DNA from: Eledone cirrhosa
Lineage: Eukaryota
Direction: 5' to 3'
DNA length: 64,000 nt
Assembly (NCBI GenBank): GCA_964016885.1
Contig: OZ024743.1
Span: 377,394,001-377,458,000 of the forward strand
Part shown: in pieces, positions 1 through 12,118 of the stretch
Layout of the letters: each line of letters begins with the position of its first letter
Position numbering within the stretch: the stretch's first letter is position 1
The notes under the pieces: generated by a model
The model's input: only the letters and a program-made list of their open reading frames with translations
What the model was told of the DNA's origin: nothing
The model's database searches: none
Translations under genes and position numbers: made by a program

Positions 1-75
1 TCAGACCGTAAATGACCGTAACTCTATGTTGAAAATCATGTGTCTGACTCTCTACCGACACTGCCAATCCACAGC
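1..75 (-). mobile_element. tRNA-derived SINE, 5' head fragment
   Basis: tcagaccgtaaatgaccgtaactctatg...gactctctaccgacactgccaatccac matches the head of the SINE family repeated at 2400-2510, 4960-5055 and (opposite strand) 48460-48780. Confidence 0.75.
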
Positions 76-611
76 CCTTGTGTGAGTATTAATAATAAAA
101 TATATTATACGTCAGGCAGCTAGAATAAATGCATACATACATACATAAATACATACATGCATACATACATACATGCATACATACATATATACATACATAA
201 ATATATACATACATAAATACATACACACATGCATACATACTTACAGACAGACATACTTACATATATACATAGTTACATACACAAAGAGAGAGACTAAACA
301 TTTCAAGATATTTATCATTGTTTAAACATTTTGGAGAACACCACAAACCCTCCCCAGCAAAAACCAAAATGGCCGTCAAACAACAACAAAACCAACATGG
401 CTGACAAAAAACAACATGGTCGTCAAACAATAACAAAATCCAACATGACCACAAAACAACAAAAAGCAGACCAGATTGATATCAGATCAGTTGAATAAAA
501 TAATTGTGACATTGATTGAGACTAACTTATTACCTTCAAAATGGTTGATAAATTTGAAACAAAATAAAAAGGCCGGGGGGAGTGGGGTGGTGGCGACAAC
601 TCTCCTCAACA

Positions 612-1146
612 TGTACAATTACCATTACAATTACCATTACCGCTACCTTTATCTCAGCCACCACCATCACAACTACCACTATTACCAACACAATCACCAT
701 TGCCGCCACAATCAGAATCACCAACACTATTATCACTACCACTACCAGCAACGACCACAAGCACCACCACCAACACCATGACAAGAGCCACTATCATCTC
801 CATCATTACCATCAACGACCACAAGCACCACCATTACAAGAACCACTATCATCACCACCACTACCACTGTCCACCACCACTGTCCACCACCACCACCACC
901 ACTACCATTGCCATCACAACCACCACCGCCTCCGCTATCACTTTCACTACTACTAGCGACGACCACAAGCAACACCACCAACACCATGACAAAAGCCACT
1001 ATCATCAGCACCTCTACCAACAACGACCACAAACACCACCATTACCAGAAACACTATCATCACCACAACCACCACCACCACCACCACCATTGCCATCACA
1101 ACTACCACTGCCTTCACCACCATCTTCACCACTAGCAGCAACGACT
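612..1146. repeat. Degenerate (CAC/CAT/AAC)n trinucleotide low-complexity tract with a higher-order duplication
   Basis: cgaccacaagcaccacc...ccatgacaa.agccactatcat block repeated; source of the His/Thr-rich spurious ORFs. Confidence 0.9.
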
Positions 1147-1275
1147 AAACTGTGATTAATTCAATTGGTTGTTCATTGTTAATTGTAGTCGAGTGGCGAC
1201 ATCTAGCCTACGGAGTCGACACAATGTGGTGTTATTAGAACAAAAAATACAGGATTTCGGTTGCAAACGAAGAAA

Positions 1276-1314
1276 TATATATGCAAACATATATATGCAA
1301 ACACACACACACTC

Positions 1315-1346
<32 letters not shown>

Positions 1347-1353
1347 GCGTATG

Positions 1354-1400
<47 letters not shown>

Positions 1401-1423
1401 TTATATATACATATATATGTGTA

Positions 1424-1495
<72 letters not shown>

Positions 1496-1496
1496 T

Positions 1497-1566
<70 letters not shown>
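1276..1566. repeat. Compound (TA)n/(TG)n microsatellite
   Basis: Directly visible. Similar tracts at 5488-6036, 6441-6535, 10784-10914, 25807-26517, 35287-36185, 39891-40170, 46705-47210, 60295-60633, 61080-61270 and 63811-63915. Confidence 0.97.
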
Positions 1567-1569
<3 letters not shown>

Positions 1570-2022
1570 GTATGATAATGTATTAAAAAAATTTTCAAAA
1601 ACCAAATATTTGCAGAATCAAAAACAACAACAATAAAAACAACACAGAACTATGACACTGTTGTTTCTTTTTTAATGTTTTTATACAATTTATTTACGTA
1701 TTTGAATATGTGTAGTTGTAGTTGTAGTAGCGGCGGTGGCGGTGGTGGTGGTTGTGGTGGTGGTGATGGTGGTGGTAGTGGTGGTATATGTTTATTTATT
1801 TCTAATTCTGAAGACAAAGTGGCATCTGGATGTTATCACCTCATCATTGATAATCTATTCTTTCTCTGATAACAACCACCATAAAAGCCACGTTTTATAA
1901 ATGATCTTAGCATTTTAGATTGTGTAAAATAATTTTCTCACACACATAAACAATAATACAATAAAAGTTTTTTGTTTTGTTTTTTATAAAAATGAAATAA
2001 ATATATCCTTAAAATAATAATT

Positions 2023-3050
2023 GTTTTTACTTTTGGCACACGGACAACAATTTGAAGGGGAGGGGAAAGTCGATTGTAAAGACCCCAGTACTTCACTGCT
2101 ACTTTATTTTATCGACCCCAGAAGTTGATTTGGTTTCCAATTTAGGAACAAGGTCAACAAGTTGGGGGGTAGGTGAAAGTTAGTTACATCAACCCCAGTA
2201 TTTGACTGGTACTTTATTTTAGCGACCACGAAAGGATGAAAGACAAAGTTGACAGCAACTTGATTTGAACCATAAGTAAATCTACCTAATAATAATAATG
2301 ATTTCTAGTATAGGCACAAGGTCAGCAATTTGGGGGAGGGGAAAATCGATTAAATCGACCCCAGTACGTTAGTGGTACTTTATTTTATCGACCCTGTAAG
2401 GATGAAAGGCAAAGTTAACCTCGGCGGGATTTGAACTCAGATCGTAAAGGACCGTAACTCTATGCTGCAAAGCATGGTGTCCGACTCTCTACCGATACTG
2501 ACAATCCACCAATAATAATAATAATAATTGTTTCTACTTTTTGGCACAACGTCAGCAATTACCCCAGTACATTACTGGTACTTCATTTTATCGACCCCGT
2601 AAGGATGAAAGGCAAAGTTAACCTCGGCGGGATTCGAACTCAGAATGGCAAGGGCCGTAACTCTGTGCGTATAATAATAATAATAATAACAGTAGTAATG
2701 GAAACAATATAGAATGACAATAAAAGCAGAGATAAATCACTGCATGTGAAAGCATAGTACAGACACATAGCTACTATCGGTGATGCAGTGAAAGCATAGT
2801 ACAGACACAGAGCTACTATCGGTGATGCAGTGAAAGCATAGTACAGACATAAGACTACTGATTAATCATGTTTCTACTTTTGGCACAACGTCAGCAATTA
2901 CCCCAGTACATTACTGATACTTTATTTTATCGACCCCGTAAGGATGAAAGGCAAAGTTAACCTCGGTGGATTTGATCTCAGAACGTAAAGGGCAATAACT
3001 CTATGATGCAAAGCATGATGTCTGACGCTCTACCAATACAGCCAAACCGA
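2023..3050 (-). mobile_element. Cluster of about 5 tandem tRNA-derived SINE copies (Deu/Nin-like core, (ATT)n tail)
   Basis: Repeated gaccccagtac...ctggtactttattttatcgacccc..aaggatgaaaggcaaagttaacctcggcgggatttgaactcag. On the minus strand: A-box-like TGGCAGTATCGG and B-box GAGTTCAAATCC. Copies are separated by (AAT)n. Confidence 0.85.
2746..2858. repeat. 42-bp tandem repeat, about 2.7 copies
   Basis: gtgaaagcatagtacagacacatagctactatcggtgatgca starts at 2746, 2788 and 2830. Confidence 0.9.
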
Positions 3051-3053
3051 ATG

Positions 3054-3147
<94 letters not shown>

Positions 3148-3149
<2 letters not shown>

Positions 3150-4790
3150 TCTTCCAGGGAGATAGCCTGTCCCCTCTGTTGTTTGTCCTTGCCCTGATGC
3201 CCTTGACCATTATGCTGCGAAAAGTGAGAGCAGGATACAAGTTGGGAAGGGGAGAGCTTACCATCAATCACCTCCTCTTCATGGACGATCTTAAGCTCTT
3301 CGGGAAAAGTGAGAAGGAGTTGGATGTGCTTGTTGACACTGTCCGTATTTTCAGCAGTGATATATGTATGCAGTTTGGTATTGGTAAATGTGGAGTCATT
3401 GTGATGAGGAGGGGTAGGTTGAGCAGAAGTAACGGGATCCAGATACCAACAGGTGAGATGATAAAGGAAATTGACTCTGAGGAAGGATACAAGTATTTGG
3501 GCGTTCTGGAGGCTGATGGCATAAAGAACAAAAAAATGAAGGAATTGTTAAGAACTGAATACATTCGGAGAGTAAGGAGCGTATTGAAGTCACATCTGAA
3601 CAGCAGAAATGCCATAAGCGCAGTAAATTCCCGAGCTGTGTCTATTATTAGGTACAGTGCGGGAATCCTGAGATGGAATGTTGCTGAACAAAAAGAAATG
3701 GATAGGAAGACTAGGAAGCTATTGACTATCTACAACATGTTCCACAAGAGGAGTGATGTCGATAGACTCTACCTAAGGAGATCTGAGGGTGGAAGAGGTC
3801 TTATCAGCATAGAGGACTGTGTTCAGATGGAGAAAAACAACCTATACAAATACGTGACCTATAGTAAGGAGCCAATGCTCAGAGCTGTACTGAAGGAGGG
3901 GACAGTAGGCCAGGGGATACCCAAGGAGGAAATAACATCAAGGAGGAAGAGCAGCCTTAAGGGAAAATCCCTTCATAGTACCTTCTTTGAGAAAACTGAA
4001 TTTAGAGATCCACAGACATGGAACTGGTTGAGAAGAGGAGACCTCAAAAAGGCTACAGAAGGAATGCTAATGGCTGCGCAGGAGCAGGCCCTCAAAACGA
4101 AGTGGTTGAAGCACCATATCTACAAGGAGGAGGCTAGCCCACTGTGCAGGATCTGTGGAGAGAGAGAGGAGACTGTGGCTCACATTGTGTCCGAGTGTAA
4201 ACACCTAGCCCAGACCCACTATAAGGGCTGGAGACACGATGTGATGGGCAGGGTGATCCACTGGCACCTGTGCAAAGTAAACAATCTACCACATTCTGAG
4301 AAATGGTATGAGCATAGGCCAGAGGCGGTGATGGAGAACAGTCAGGTGAAGGTGCTGTGGGATTTTAGGATACAGACGGACAAAAAACTGGAACACAATA
4401 GACCTGACCTGGTGGTTGTGGACAAAGAAAAAAGATCGTGCCTGATTGTGGATGTGGCCTGCCCGTTCGACACGAGAGTGCAAGAGAAGGAGAGGGAGAA
4501 AATTAACCGATACCAGGACCTAAAGTGGGAGGTGAAAAGGATTTGGAACTGCCATGAAGTCAAAGTGATCCCGATTGTCATAGGCGCACTGGGGACTATC
4601 TCCAAAGGTTTCCAGGGATGGTTAAAGAAAATCGGCCCCTTCACGCTTTTTGGAACGCTTCAAAAGGCATGCTTGCTTGGAACGGCAAGAACCCTCCGAT
4701 ACGTCCTGAATATCTGAGGCTGCAGGTAGTGGCTTGATATTCAATCCAACGGACTTTCCAGTTAACCAACATCAATGACTGAGATTCAAG
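3148..4790 (+). mobile_element. 5'-truncated R4/Dong-type non-LTR retrotransposon inserted in (TAA)n
   Basis: Begins abruptly at IFQGDSLSPL right after (AAT)n 3052-3148 and is followed by (AAC/AAT)n 4791-4836; RT plus CCHC plus RLE architecture. Confidence 0.9.
3179..4717 (+). CDS. C-terminal half of RT-RLE protein (RT domains 4-7, CCHC zinc knuckle, PD-(D/E)xK endonuclease); open frame, 5' truncated
   Basis: HLLFMDDLKL, YKYLG, GGRGL, CRICGEREETVAHIVSEC, RHD, RPDLVVVDK..LIVDVACP..EK..RYQDL, VIPIVIGALG. Confidence 0.92.
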   Translation: MFVLALMPLTIMLRKVRAGYKLGRGELTINHLLFMDDLKLFGKSEKELDVLVDTVRIFSSDICMQFGIGKCGVIVMRRGRLSRSNGIQIPTGEMIKEIDSEEGYKYLGVLEADGIKNKKMKELLRTEYIRRVRSVLKSHLNSRNAISAVNSRAVSIIRYSAGILRWNVAEQKEMDRKTRKLLTIYNMFHKRSDVDRLYLRRSEGGRGLISIEDCVQMEKNNLYKYVTYSKEPMLRAVLKEGTVGQGIPKEEITSRRKSSLKGKSLHSTFFEKTEFRDPQTWNWLRRGDLKKATEGMLMAAQEQALKTKWLKHHIYKEEASPLCRICGEREETVAHIVSECKHLAQTHYKGWRHDVMGRVIHWHLCKVNNLPHSEKWYEHRPEAVMENSQVKVLWDFRIQTDKKLEHNRPDLVVVDKEKRSCLIVDVACPFDTRVQEKEREKINRYQDLKWEVKRIWNCHEVKVIPIVIGALGTISKGFQGWLKKIGPFTLFGTLQKACLLGTARTLRYVLNI

Positions 4791-4803
4791 GAATAACAAT
4801 AAC

Positions 4804-4836
<33 letters not shown>

Positions 4837-4837
<1 letters not shown>

Positions 4838-5055
4838 GTTTCTGATTTAGGCACAAGGCTAACAATTTTGAGGAGGAAGGGGAATTCGGTTAGATCGACC
4901 GCAGTGCATTACTGGTACTTTATTTTATCGATCCCGTAAGGATGAAAGGCAAAGTTAACCTCAGAGAGATTTAAACTCAGTCCGTAAAGGGCCGTAACTC
5001 TATGCAGCAAAGTTTGGTGTCCGACTCTCTACCGATACTGCCAATCCACCGCCCT
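4837..5055 (-). mobile_element. Full-length tRNA-derived SINE copy
   Basis: Same family as 2023-3050; its (ATT)n tail adjoins the 3' end of the Dong-like element. Confidence 0.85.
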
Positions 5056-5095
5056 CTTAACAATAACAACAACAACAACAACAACAACAATCATG

Positions 5096-5133
<38 letters not shown>

Positions 5134-5487
5134 AATGACAACTACAAACACAGCAACAACAATAATTACGTTGGTCGTAATGATAATCATTCAAATCTAT
5201 CGATTTATCTATATTAGACGAAATGTCTGACTGTGCGAGACATTTGAATGTTAAACACTGCCGCCATTTGTTTTCTGGTTTTAAATATGATGGATGTTTG
5301 ATCAACAGAGATGGTAGGGAAGGGAGGAGGGGTTATTTATGGCAATTGAAACTCAATGTAAACATGATAAATGATATTATTTTACATTAGAAATTAATTG
5401 TCGAAATAAAACATTTTCGATTCCATATAATGAAAGGGCTTAATGTGGGTAGACGTGACTAAGTATGGGGGACATTTTCAGTGTAGA

Positions 5488-5522
<35 letters not shown>

Positions 5523-5691
5523 CTGTGTATGTATATGTGTTTGTTTGTGTGTGTGTGTATGTGTGTATGTGTGTATGTGTGTATGTGTATGTGTATGTGT
5601 ATGTTGCTGTGTATGTGTTTGTGTGTGTGTGTGTGTATGTGTTTGTGTGTGTGTGTGTATGTGTGTATGTGTGTATGTGTGTGTGTGTGTA

Positions 5692-5723
<32 letters not shown>

Positions 5724-5921
5724 CGTATGTGGCTGTGTATGTGTTTGTGTGTGTGTGTGTGTATGTGTTTGTGTGTGTGTGTGTATGTGTGTATGTGTGT
5801 ATGTGTGTGTATGTGTTTGTGTGTGTGTGTGTGTGTGTATTTTTACATTGGAAATAAATTGTTTAAGTGTAACGGACAAATTCTTGATTTGACATAATGA
5901 GAGGGCATTAGCGCGTTTGCG

Positions 5922-6040
<119 letters not shown>

Positions 6041-6439
6041 GGTTTTACATTGGAAATAGATTGCAGAATTAACAAAAAATATTCTTTATTTGACGTAATG
6101 TAAAGAAGTGCGTGTGTCTCTATCTGTTGTGTGTATGTGTGTATGTCTCTGTGTCTGTATATGTGTCTGTCTGCGTGTGTTTCTGTGTGTGTGTAGATGT
6201 GTGCAAATGTCGGTATCTATGCGCGTGTTTATATTGTTATGTAAGTTTATGAGTTATACATACATATACATATATGTGCATACTGACATACGTCCTTTTA
6301 TGCATAAATACATACATGCACATACATAGATACGCATATACATTCTCACCCGGGTACATTTATACACCTACAGATGTATATATATATATACGCATGCATT
6401 GATATTCAGATACGCATACTCACACACAATCAGCGAGAA

Positions 6440-6535
<96 letters not shown>

Positions 6536-6537
<2 letters not shown>

Positions 6538-6597
6538 GTAGTTTAATGTCATACCCAGGACATATATATATGTCCTGGGTATGACATTAAACTACAT
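6536..6597. repeat. 62-bp perfect palindrome at the 5' junction of the RTE element
   Basis: atgtagtttaatgtcatacccaggac-atatatatat-gtcctgggtatgacattaaactacat. Confidence 0.92.
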
Positions 6598-9500
6598 CCA
6601 GTGGCAAGGCTCCAGTTCGGGAGTTCAGGAGATGTGGGGAATGTGGAGTTACCCCTTAGTTGTCATGACTCCCAGGTCTGCCCTGGCCCGGGGTGGTAGT
6701 ACCTGTTAGGGCTCCATTTATGGGTTAAATAACTACCTTATTCGAGTGGCGCCGGTAAGGTATTGTCAGCCATTGAAAAGAAATATGGAGAGTCGATCTA
6801 ACAGCACTAGGGTTAGAGCCCCTAATTACACTGTCAAGGAGCAGCCTGGTCGTTATGACTCTGCTGGCTTAGAGCCACAGAGAGGGCCAGTGGATGATGG
6901 ATCAGCTGTCTCTGAGACAAATATAAAGAATGCAGTTTTGTCCTGCAGAAGAGCCATCAAAATGGGCACTTTGAATGTGAGGACTATTCGAACGCTGGAG
7001 AAGAGAGAGGAGTTGGGACATCTGTTCGAGGAGAGTGGTATACAGATACTTGCGATCCAAGAACACAGGATTCTACACGATGAGCCCGTGAGGAGTGTGA
7101 TGATCGGGAGGAAGAGACAGCTCATCACTACATCGGCAGTGAAGAACACAACAAATGCTGCAGTGAGAGGAGTGGGTTTTGTGTTCAGTGCAAAAACCAA
7201 TCTGTTGGTGAGGGAAATAATGCCTATCTCTCCGCGAGTGTTGAGGGTGACCTTCAATGGAAACCCAAGACTGACAGTCATCTCAGCCTATAGTCCAACC
7301 GAGGGGGACAGTGATGTGAATGCGGAGGAGTTCCATGAGGAGGTGTGTAGGGCTGTCAACACCACTCAGGCACACAATATCCTGCTTGTTTTGGGGGACT
7401 TCAATGCACATCTGAGTAAGGAGGGCAGTGAAGATCCTTGCTGGTACTTCCATAACAACACCAACCGAAATGGAAGACTACTGAGAGACACCCTGCTGGA
7501 GGCGAACTTGATGGCGACCAACCTAAGGTTTAGGAAGAATCTGGGGAAGATGTGGACCTACATCTCAGATATGCACCTGTCCAAGTCCCAGATTGATTTC
7601 ATTCTGGTGAGGAAAAAGTGGCGGAATAGTGTTCTGAACACGGAACCATACAGCTATTTCAGTACACTGGGTAGTGACCACCGGCTTGTTATGAGTGAGG
7701 TCCGCGTGAGCTTAAGAAAGAGCAAGGCTCAGCCCCGGAGAACAATCTATGACTGGGGAGCTTTCAAGGAAGATGATAAGCTACAGGAGAGGTTCACAGT
7801 GGAAGTGAGAAACAGGTTTAGTGCTCTGTGTGGAGAGTCAGAGGAGAGAGAGATTGGATGGACTGAGGAGAGTGTGACGAGGAGGTACGGGCACTTCACC
7901 AATGCAGTGGGGAAAGCAAGTGAAACCCTGGTGCCGAGGAAAAAGAACAAAGGGAAGCACGTCAGCTCTGCAAACCCAAAAGTGTGTGCAGCCAGAGAAC
8001 ACCTGAAAGCTGCCAGGGACCAATTCTATGCTGATCCTACGGAGGAGAGGATGGAGACTGTGGAGGTGATGAGGGAAGAGCTCTGTACCGCTTACACTGA
8101 GGTCAGAGAGGAGGCACTAATAGAGAAGATCAGAAGTGTGGAGAGAGCGGTTGACAGATCTGGATGTAAGGAGAGCTGGATGATCATCAACGAGATCACA
8201 GGGAGAAAGAAAAGGTGTTCGAGTCAGATCCAGGGAACGGGGCCCGAGGATAGGAAGAGGAAATGGCTAGACCATTTTAGGACCCTACTAGGAGAGCCAC
8301 CCTCCACAGCCCAGAGCACTGGGGAGATCAGGCGGCTGTTTGAGGAACTGAATGTTGAGACAGAGCCCTTCACCAGAGAGGAGCTTCAGAGAGCCAAGAA
8401 GAAGATCAAGGAGGGCAAGGCTCATGGAGAAGATGGAGTGGCATCAGAGGTGATGAAGAGGTGTGATTTTGATGATATCATCCTGGGGTTCTGTAACGGG
8501 GCACTGGAGAAAGGAGTTGCCCCGAATCAGTGGAGGATCAGTAACATCGTCCCAGTGCCAAAGAAGGGAGATCTCTCTAACACCAACAACTACCGGGGGA
8601 TCTCACTGACGTCACTTGTGGCAAAGACCCTCAACAGGATGATTCTTAACAGGATCCAGCCTGAGATGGAGAAGAAGCTCAGGGACAACCAGAACGGCTT
8701 CAGAGAGGGTAGATCAACCACCAGTCACATCCTGATGCTGAGGAGGATATTAGAGGGAGCTAGAGCAAAGTGCCTTCCTGCGGTCATGGTTTTCATTGAC
8801 TTTAGGAAGGCCTTTGATTCTGTGGACCGTTACTGCCTGATGGAGATCTTACAGGCATGGAATCCCCAAGAGGATAGTGGACCTGATATCACTGCTCTAC
8901 ACCAACACCAAACCCCAAGTCATTACACCTGATGGGATGACAGAGTTCTTTGAGATACTGGCTGGAGTGCTCCAGGGAGATACATTGGCTCCCTACCTTT
9001 TTATCATCGTAGTGGACTATTGTATGCGCCTTGCACTGGACAAACACCAGGACTCTGGCTTTACTGTAGCACCGGCTCAGAGCAGGAGAGTTGGGGCGAA
9101 AAAGGTATCGGATGCTGAATTTGCCGACGACATAGTTTTGGTGACAAATACAGTGAAGGAGGCAGAGGATTTGATGCGGGGGGTTGAGACTGTGTCGATG
9201 AGTGTGGGGCTGAGAATGAATGAGACTAAAACAAAATATCTGGTAGAGAATGTTGAGAAGCCAGAGGGGATCACTAATATAGGCGGGAAGCCGCTAGAAT
9301 TGGTTGAGGACTTCCTGTATTTGGGAGCAAAGATTGGGAATACGGAGGATGATGTGGTTGAGAGGAAGAGCAAGGCCTGGGCGGCGTGCCACAGCTTGAG
9401 ATCGGTGTGGAAGTCGGACCTTCGTAGAGACCTGAAAATCCGCCTCTTCATTGCTGTAGTGGAGTCTGTGCTGCTGTATGGGTCTGAGACTTGGACACTG

Positions 9501-9890
9501 ACCAAGAAACTCACTCAGATGGTGGATGGGTGCTACACGAGAATGCTGAGGATGGCTCTGAACATTAATCAGTATACACTGAGGATGAAAAACTCAGAGC
9601 TGTATGGGAGCATCCCAAAAGTCAGCTCAAAAGTGACACAGAGGAGACTGAGGTTGGCTGGACATGCTCACCGACATCCAGAGTTGACATTGCACTCAGT
9701 GCTCCTTTGGGAGCCCCTACATGGACACACTAGAAGAGGAAGACCAAGGTTAACATATGTTGATGCCCTAAGGACAGACACTGGTCTGTTGGAGATGCAG
9801 GATATGGCAGCGATAATGAGGGACAGAGACCGCTGGAGAGAACTCGTCCATGGATCTCGGGAATTTTACCCGCCTTAGATAGATAGATAG
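6572..9890 (+). mobile_element. Near full-length RTE-clade LINE (APE + RT) in (TA)n, short (TAGA)n tail
   Basis: 5' UTR, APE and RT coding region 6746-9878, followed by tagatagatagatag. Confidence 0.88.
6746..9878 (+). pseudogene. APE endonuclease-reverse transcriptase ORF broken by one frameshift near 8856
   Basis: TLNVRT, IQEHR, LGDFNA, IDFIL, SDH (APE); NYRGISL, QNGFR, FIDFRKAFDS, GVLQGDTLAPYLF, FADD, FLYLG (RT). caggcatggaatc here versus caggcttatggaatc in the 13838 copy = 2-bp deletion. Confidence 0.9.
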
Positions 9891-9943
9891 CTATATATAC
9901 ATATATATACATATATATTTATATATACATATATATATACATA

Positions 9944-10159
9944 AGCATAGGAGAAAGGATAGACCAACACTGGGGCGAATTAAAAGAACGAAAAAACGGT
10001 TCAGTACTATACGAACACGCCAGACAACAACATGACGGTAACATAGACAACATAGAAATTAAAATAATATCTAAACATAGAAATGACCCAGCAGATAGGA
10101 AAATCAGAGAGGCAAGCGAAATAGAACTTAGAAAGCCAAAGCTAAACAGAAAAAAATGA
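9944..10159 (+). pseudogene. 3' end of a Penelope-like GIY-YIG endonuclease (not in ORF track)
   Basis: Hand translation SIGERIDQHWGELKERKNGSVLYEHARQQH...RKIREASEIELRKPKLNRKK matches the PLE EN C-terminus; followed by a 3' UTR with a hammerhead-like motif. Confidence 0.75.
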
Positions 10160-10444
10160 ATGGCATAACAACCATACCCAAACGAATAATACTGACTTAA
10201 GAGAAATATAAGTAAACAAATAAATAAATATATACACAAGCACAATAACAACGAACACATATAAACACACACTAGTAAACTAACATAGAATACAATAACC
10301 AAAACACAGTCACCCAAACGAGACCACACACACCAAACACTATACACACACGCAAACGCATGCGAAGAGAATAAGACAAAAATAAATAAATAAACAGATT
10401 AAATAAAAATGGCGTAGACATACAATACAACAGGAGGAAACATA

Positions 10445-10499
10445 ATAGTACCACTGATGATGTTGCAAATGTGCAACGAAAGAAGTTTGTTAGATTATA
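10445..10499 (+). ncRNA. Hammerhead-like motif with degenerate stem I; second copy at 54312-54367 (-)
   Basis: CTGATGA-t-gttgca-aatg-tgcaac-GAAA. The other copy has GACA instead of GAAA. Confidence 0.5.
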
Positions 10500-10782
10500 T
10501 ATATGTATTTATATCTGTATTTTTGACCGTTGGTCAATCAATGATAAACATTGAGGACCAAATGAATTAACTGTGGAGATATAAAAGATACAGAAGCGAA
10601 AATCAACCAAACAGTGTGTTCTGTTATTATTTCTCAATATTATTACAACAATATGACCCTCCTCAAGTATAACAATATTTGTTTCGAACACACGATTTCA
10701 TATCAAACACCTCGCAAAACAAATTAATCGCCGTCACATATATATATATATACGCCTAAATTTGGTGGTTCACCACTGGGTA

Positions 10783-10968
<186 letters not shown>

Positions 10969-11161
10969 GGCTGTCCCCAAAAAATGCTGTGGTTAATAGA
11001 AAGCTTAAAGCAATACTCCGACCGACTTCCGTCTCACTCAACAAACATTAGGATATACCTTAGTATAATCCCAGTTATACGTTTGGGGTGCTAACTCTAC
11101 GTATTTTGTGGATAGACAGTTGTATTATTTTATATGAGACATAAATAAATACATCCCTCTT

Positions 11162-11283
11162 TCCAAACGATCGTTTCATTATAAGTTTTCTACAAGATGG
11201 GAAAATAATGTCCAGGTTATGTAGAAGCCTACACATAGTCTATAGGAATATATGCAGGTGGGCACTTATAAATCATCAGTGGA
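11162..11283 (-). ncRNA. Type I hammerhead ribozyme with ~95-nt branched stem II (GUU cleavage)
   Basis: Minus strand tcca-CTGATGA-t-ttataagt...acttataa-t-GAAA-cg-at-cg-TT/tgga. Confidence 0.72.
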
Positions 11284-11435
11284 TGCCCAACAATATCGAT
11301 ATAAAAAAAACCCTACCGATATTAACATTCAGCGATGGTTCCCGTCAGTGTTAGAGTGGCCGCCAAATTTGAAATTCCAGCAGTCTCACAAAGAGAAATC
11401 TCACACCGTCACCAAGCGGGAAGGGGAGGTCATCG

Positions 11436-11482
<47 letters not shown>

Positions 11483-11606
11483 AAAATTAAGATAAATCAA
11501 AGTGAATTTAATCTAAATGAAAATTATGGGTGTCATGCCAGAAAGGCATGCGCCATATCACCCGTAAAATAAGCTCCAAGATTCTAATGAATAAGTCCGA
11601 GCATTT

Positions 11607-11950
11607 TATAACAACTAGAAATTGATTAACATATAAATAAACATATGAAACAATCACAGGGGATAATTTTTACAAGTGTGTAAGCACACATAGTTAGGTA
11701 GGTAACTAAATAAAGTTAACTAGAACTTCAAAAATAGATACCTTATAATATGATTAATCTTCCCTGTATATATTCCATTAAAGAAATATATTTCACCAAT
11801 TAATCATATTATAAGGTATCTATTTTTGAAGTTCTAGTTAACTTTATTTAGTTACCTACCTAGCTATGTGTGCTTACACACTTGTAAAAATTATCCCCTG
11901 TGATTGTTTCATATGTTTATTTATATGTTAATCAATTTCTAGTTGTTATA
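11607..11950. repeat. Fold-back inverted repeat, 152-bp arms with 40-bp spacer
   Basis: 11607-11758 is the near-perfect reverse complement of 11799-11950. Confidence 0.92.
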
Positions 11951-12012
<62 letters not shown>

Positions 12013-12118
12013 TAGGAGGAATTCCAACTTTGTCTGATTTACTCGTTTTATTTACAATCTGGATGAGTTCAATATCCTCCTGAATAACCTACACCCGTCT
12101 CTCCAATTCACAAAAGAG

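Noticed and set aside
476-1636. Many ORFs rich in H/T, YI, CV or poly-I/L here and across the window
   Set aside because: Translations of stop-free microsatellites in multiple frames; no coding signal
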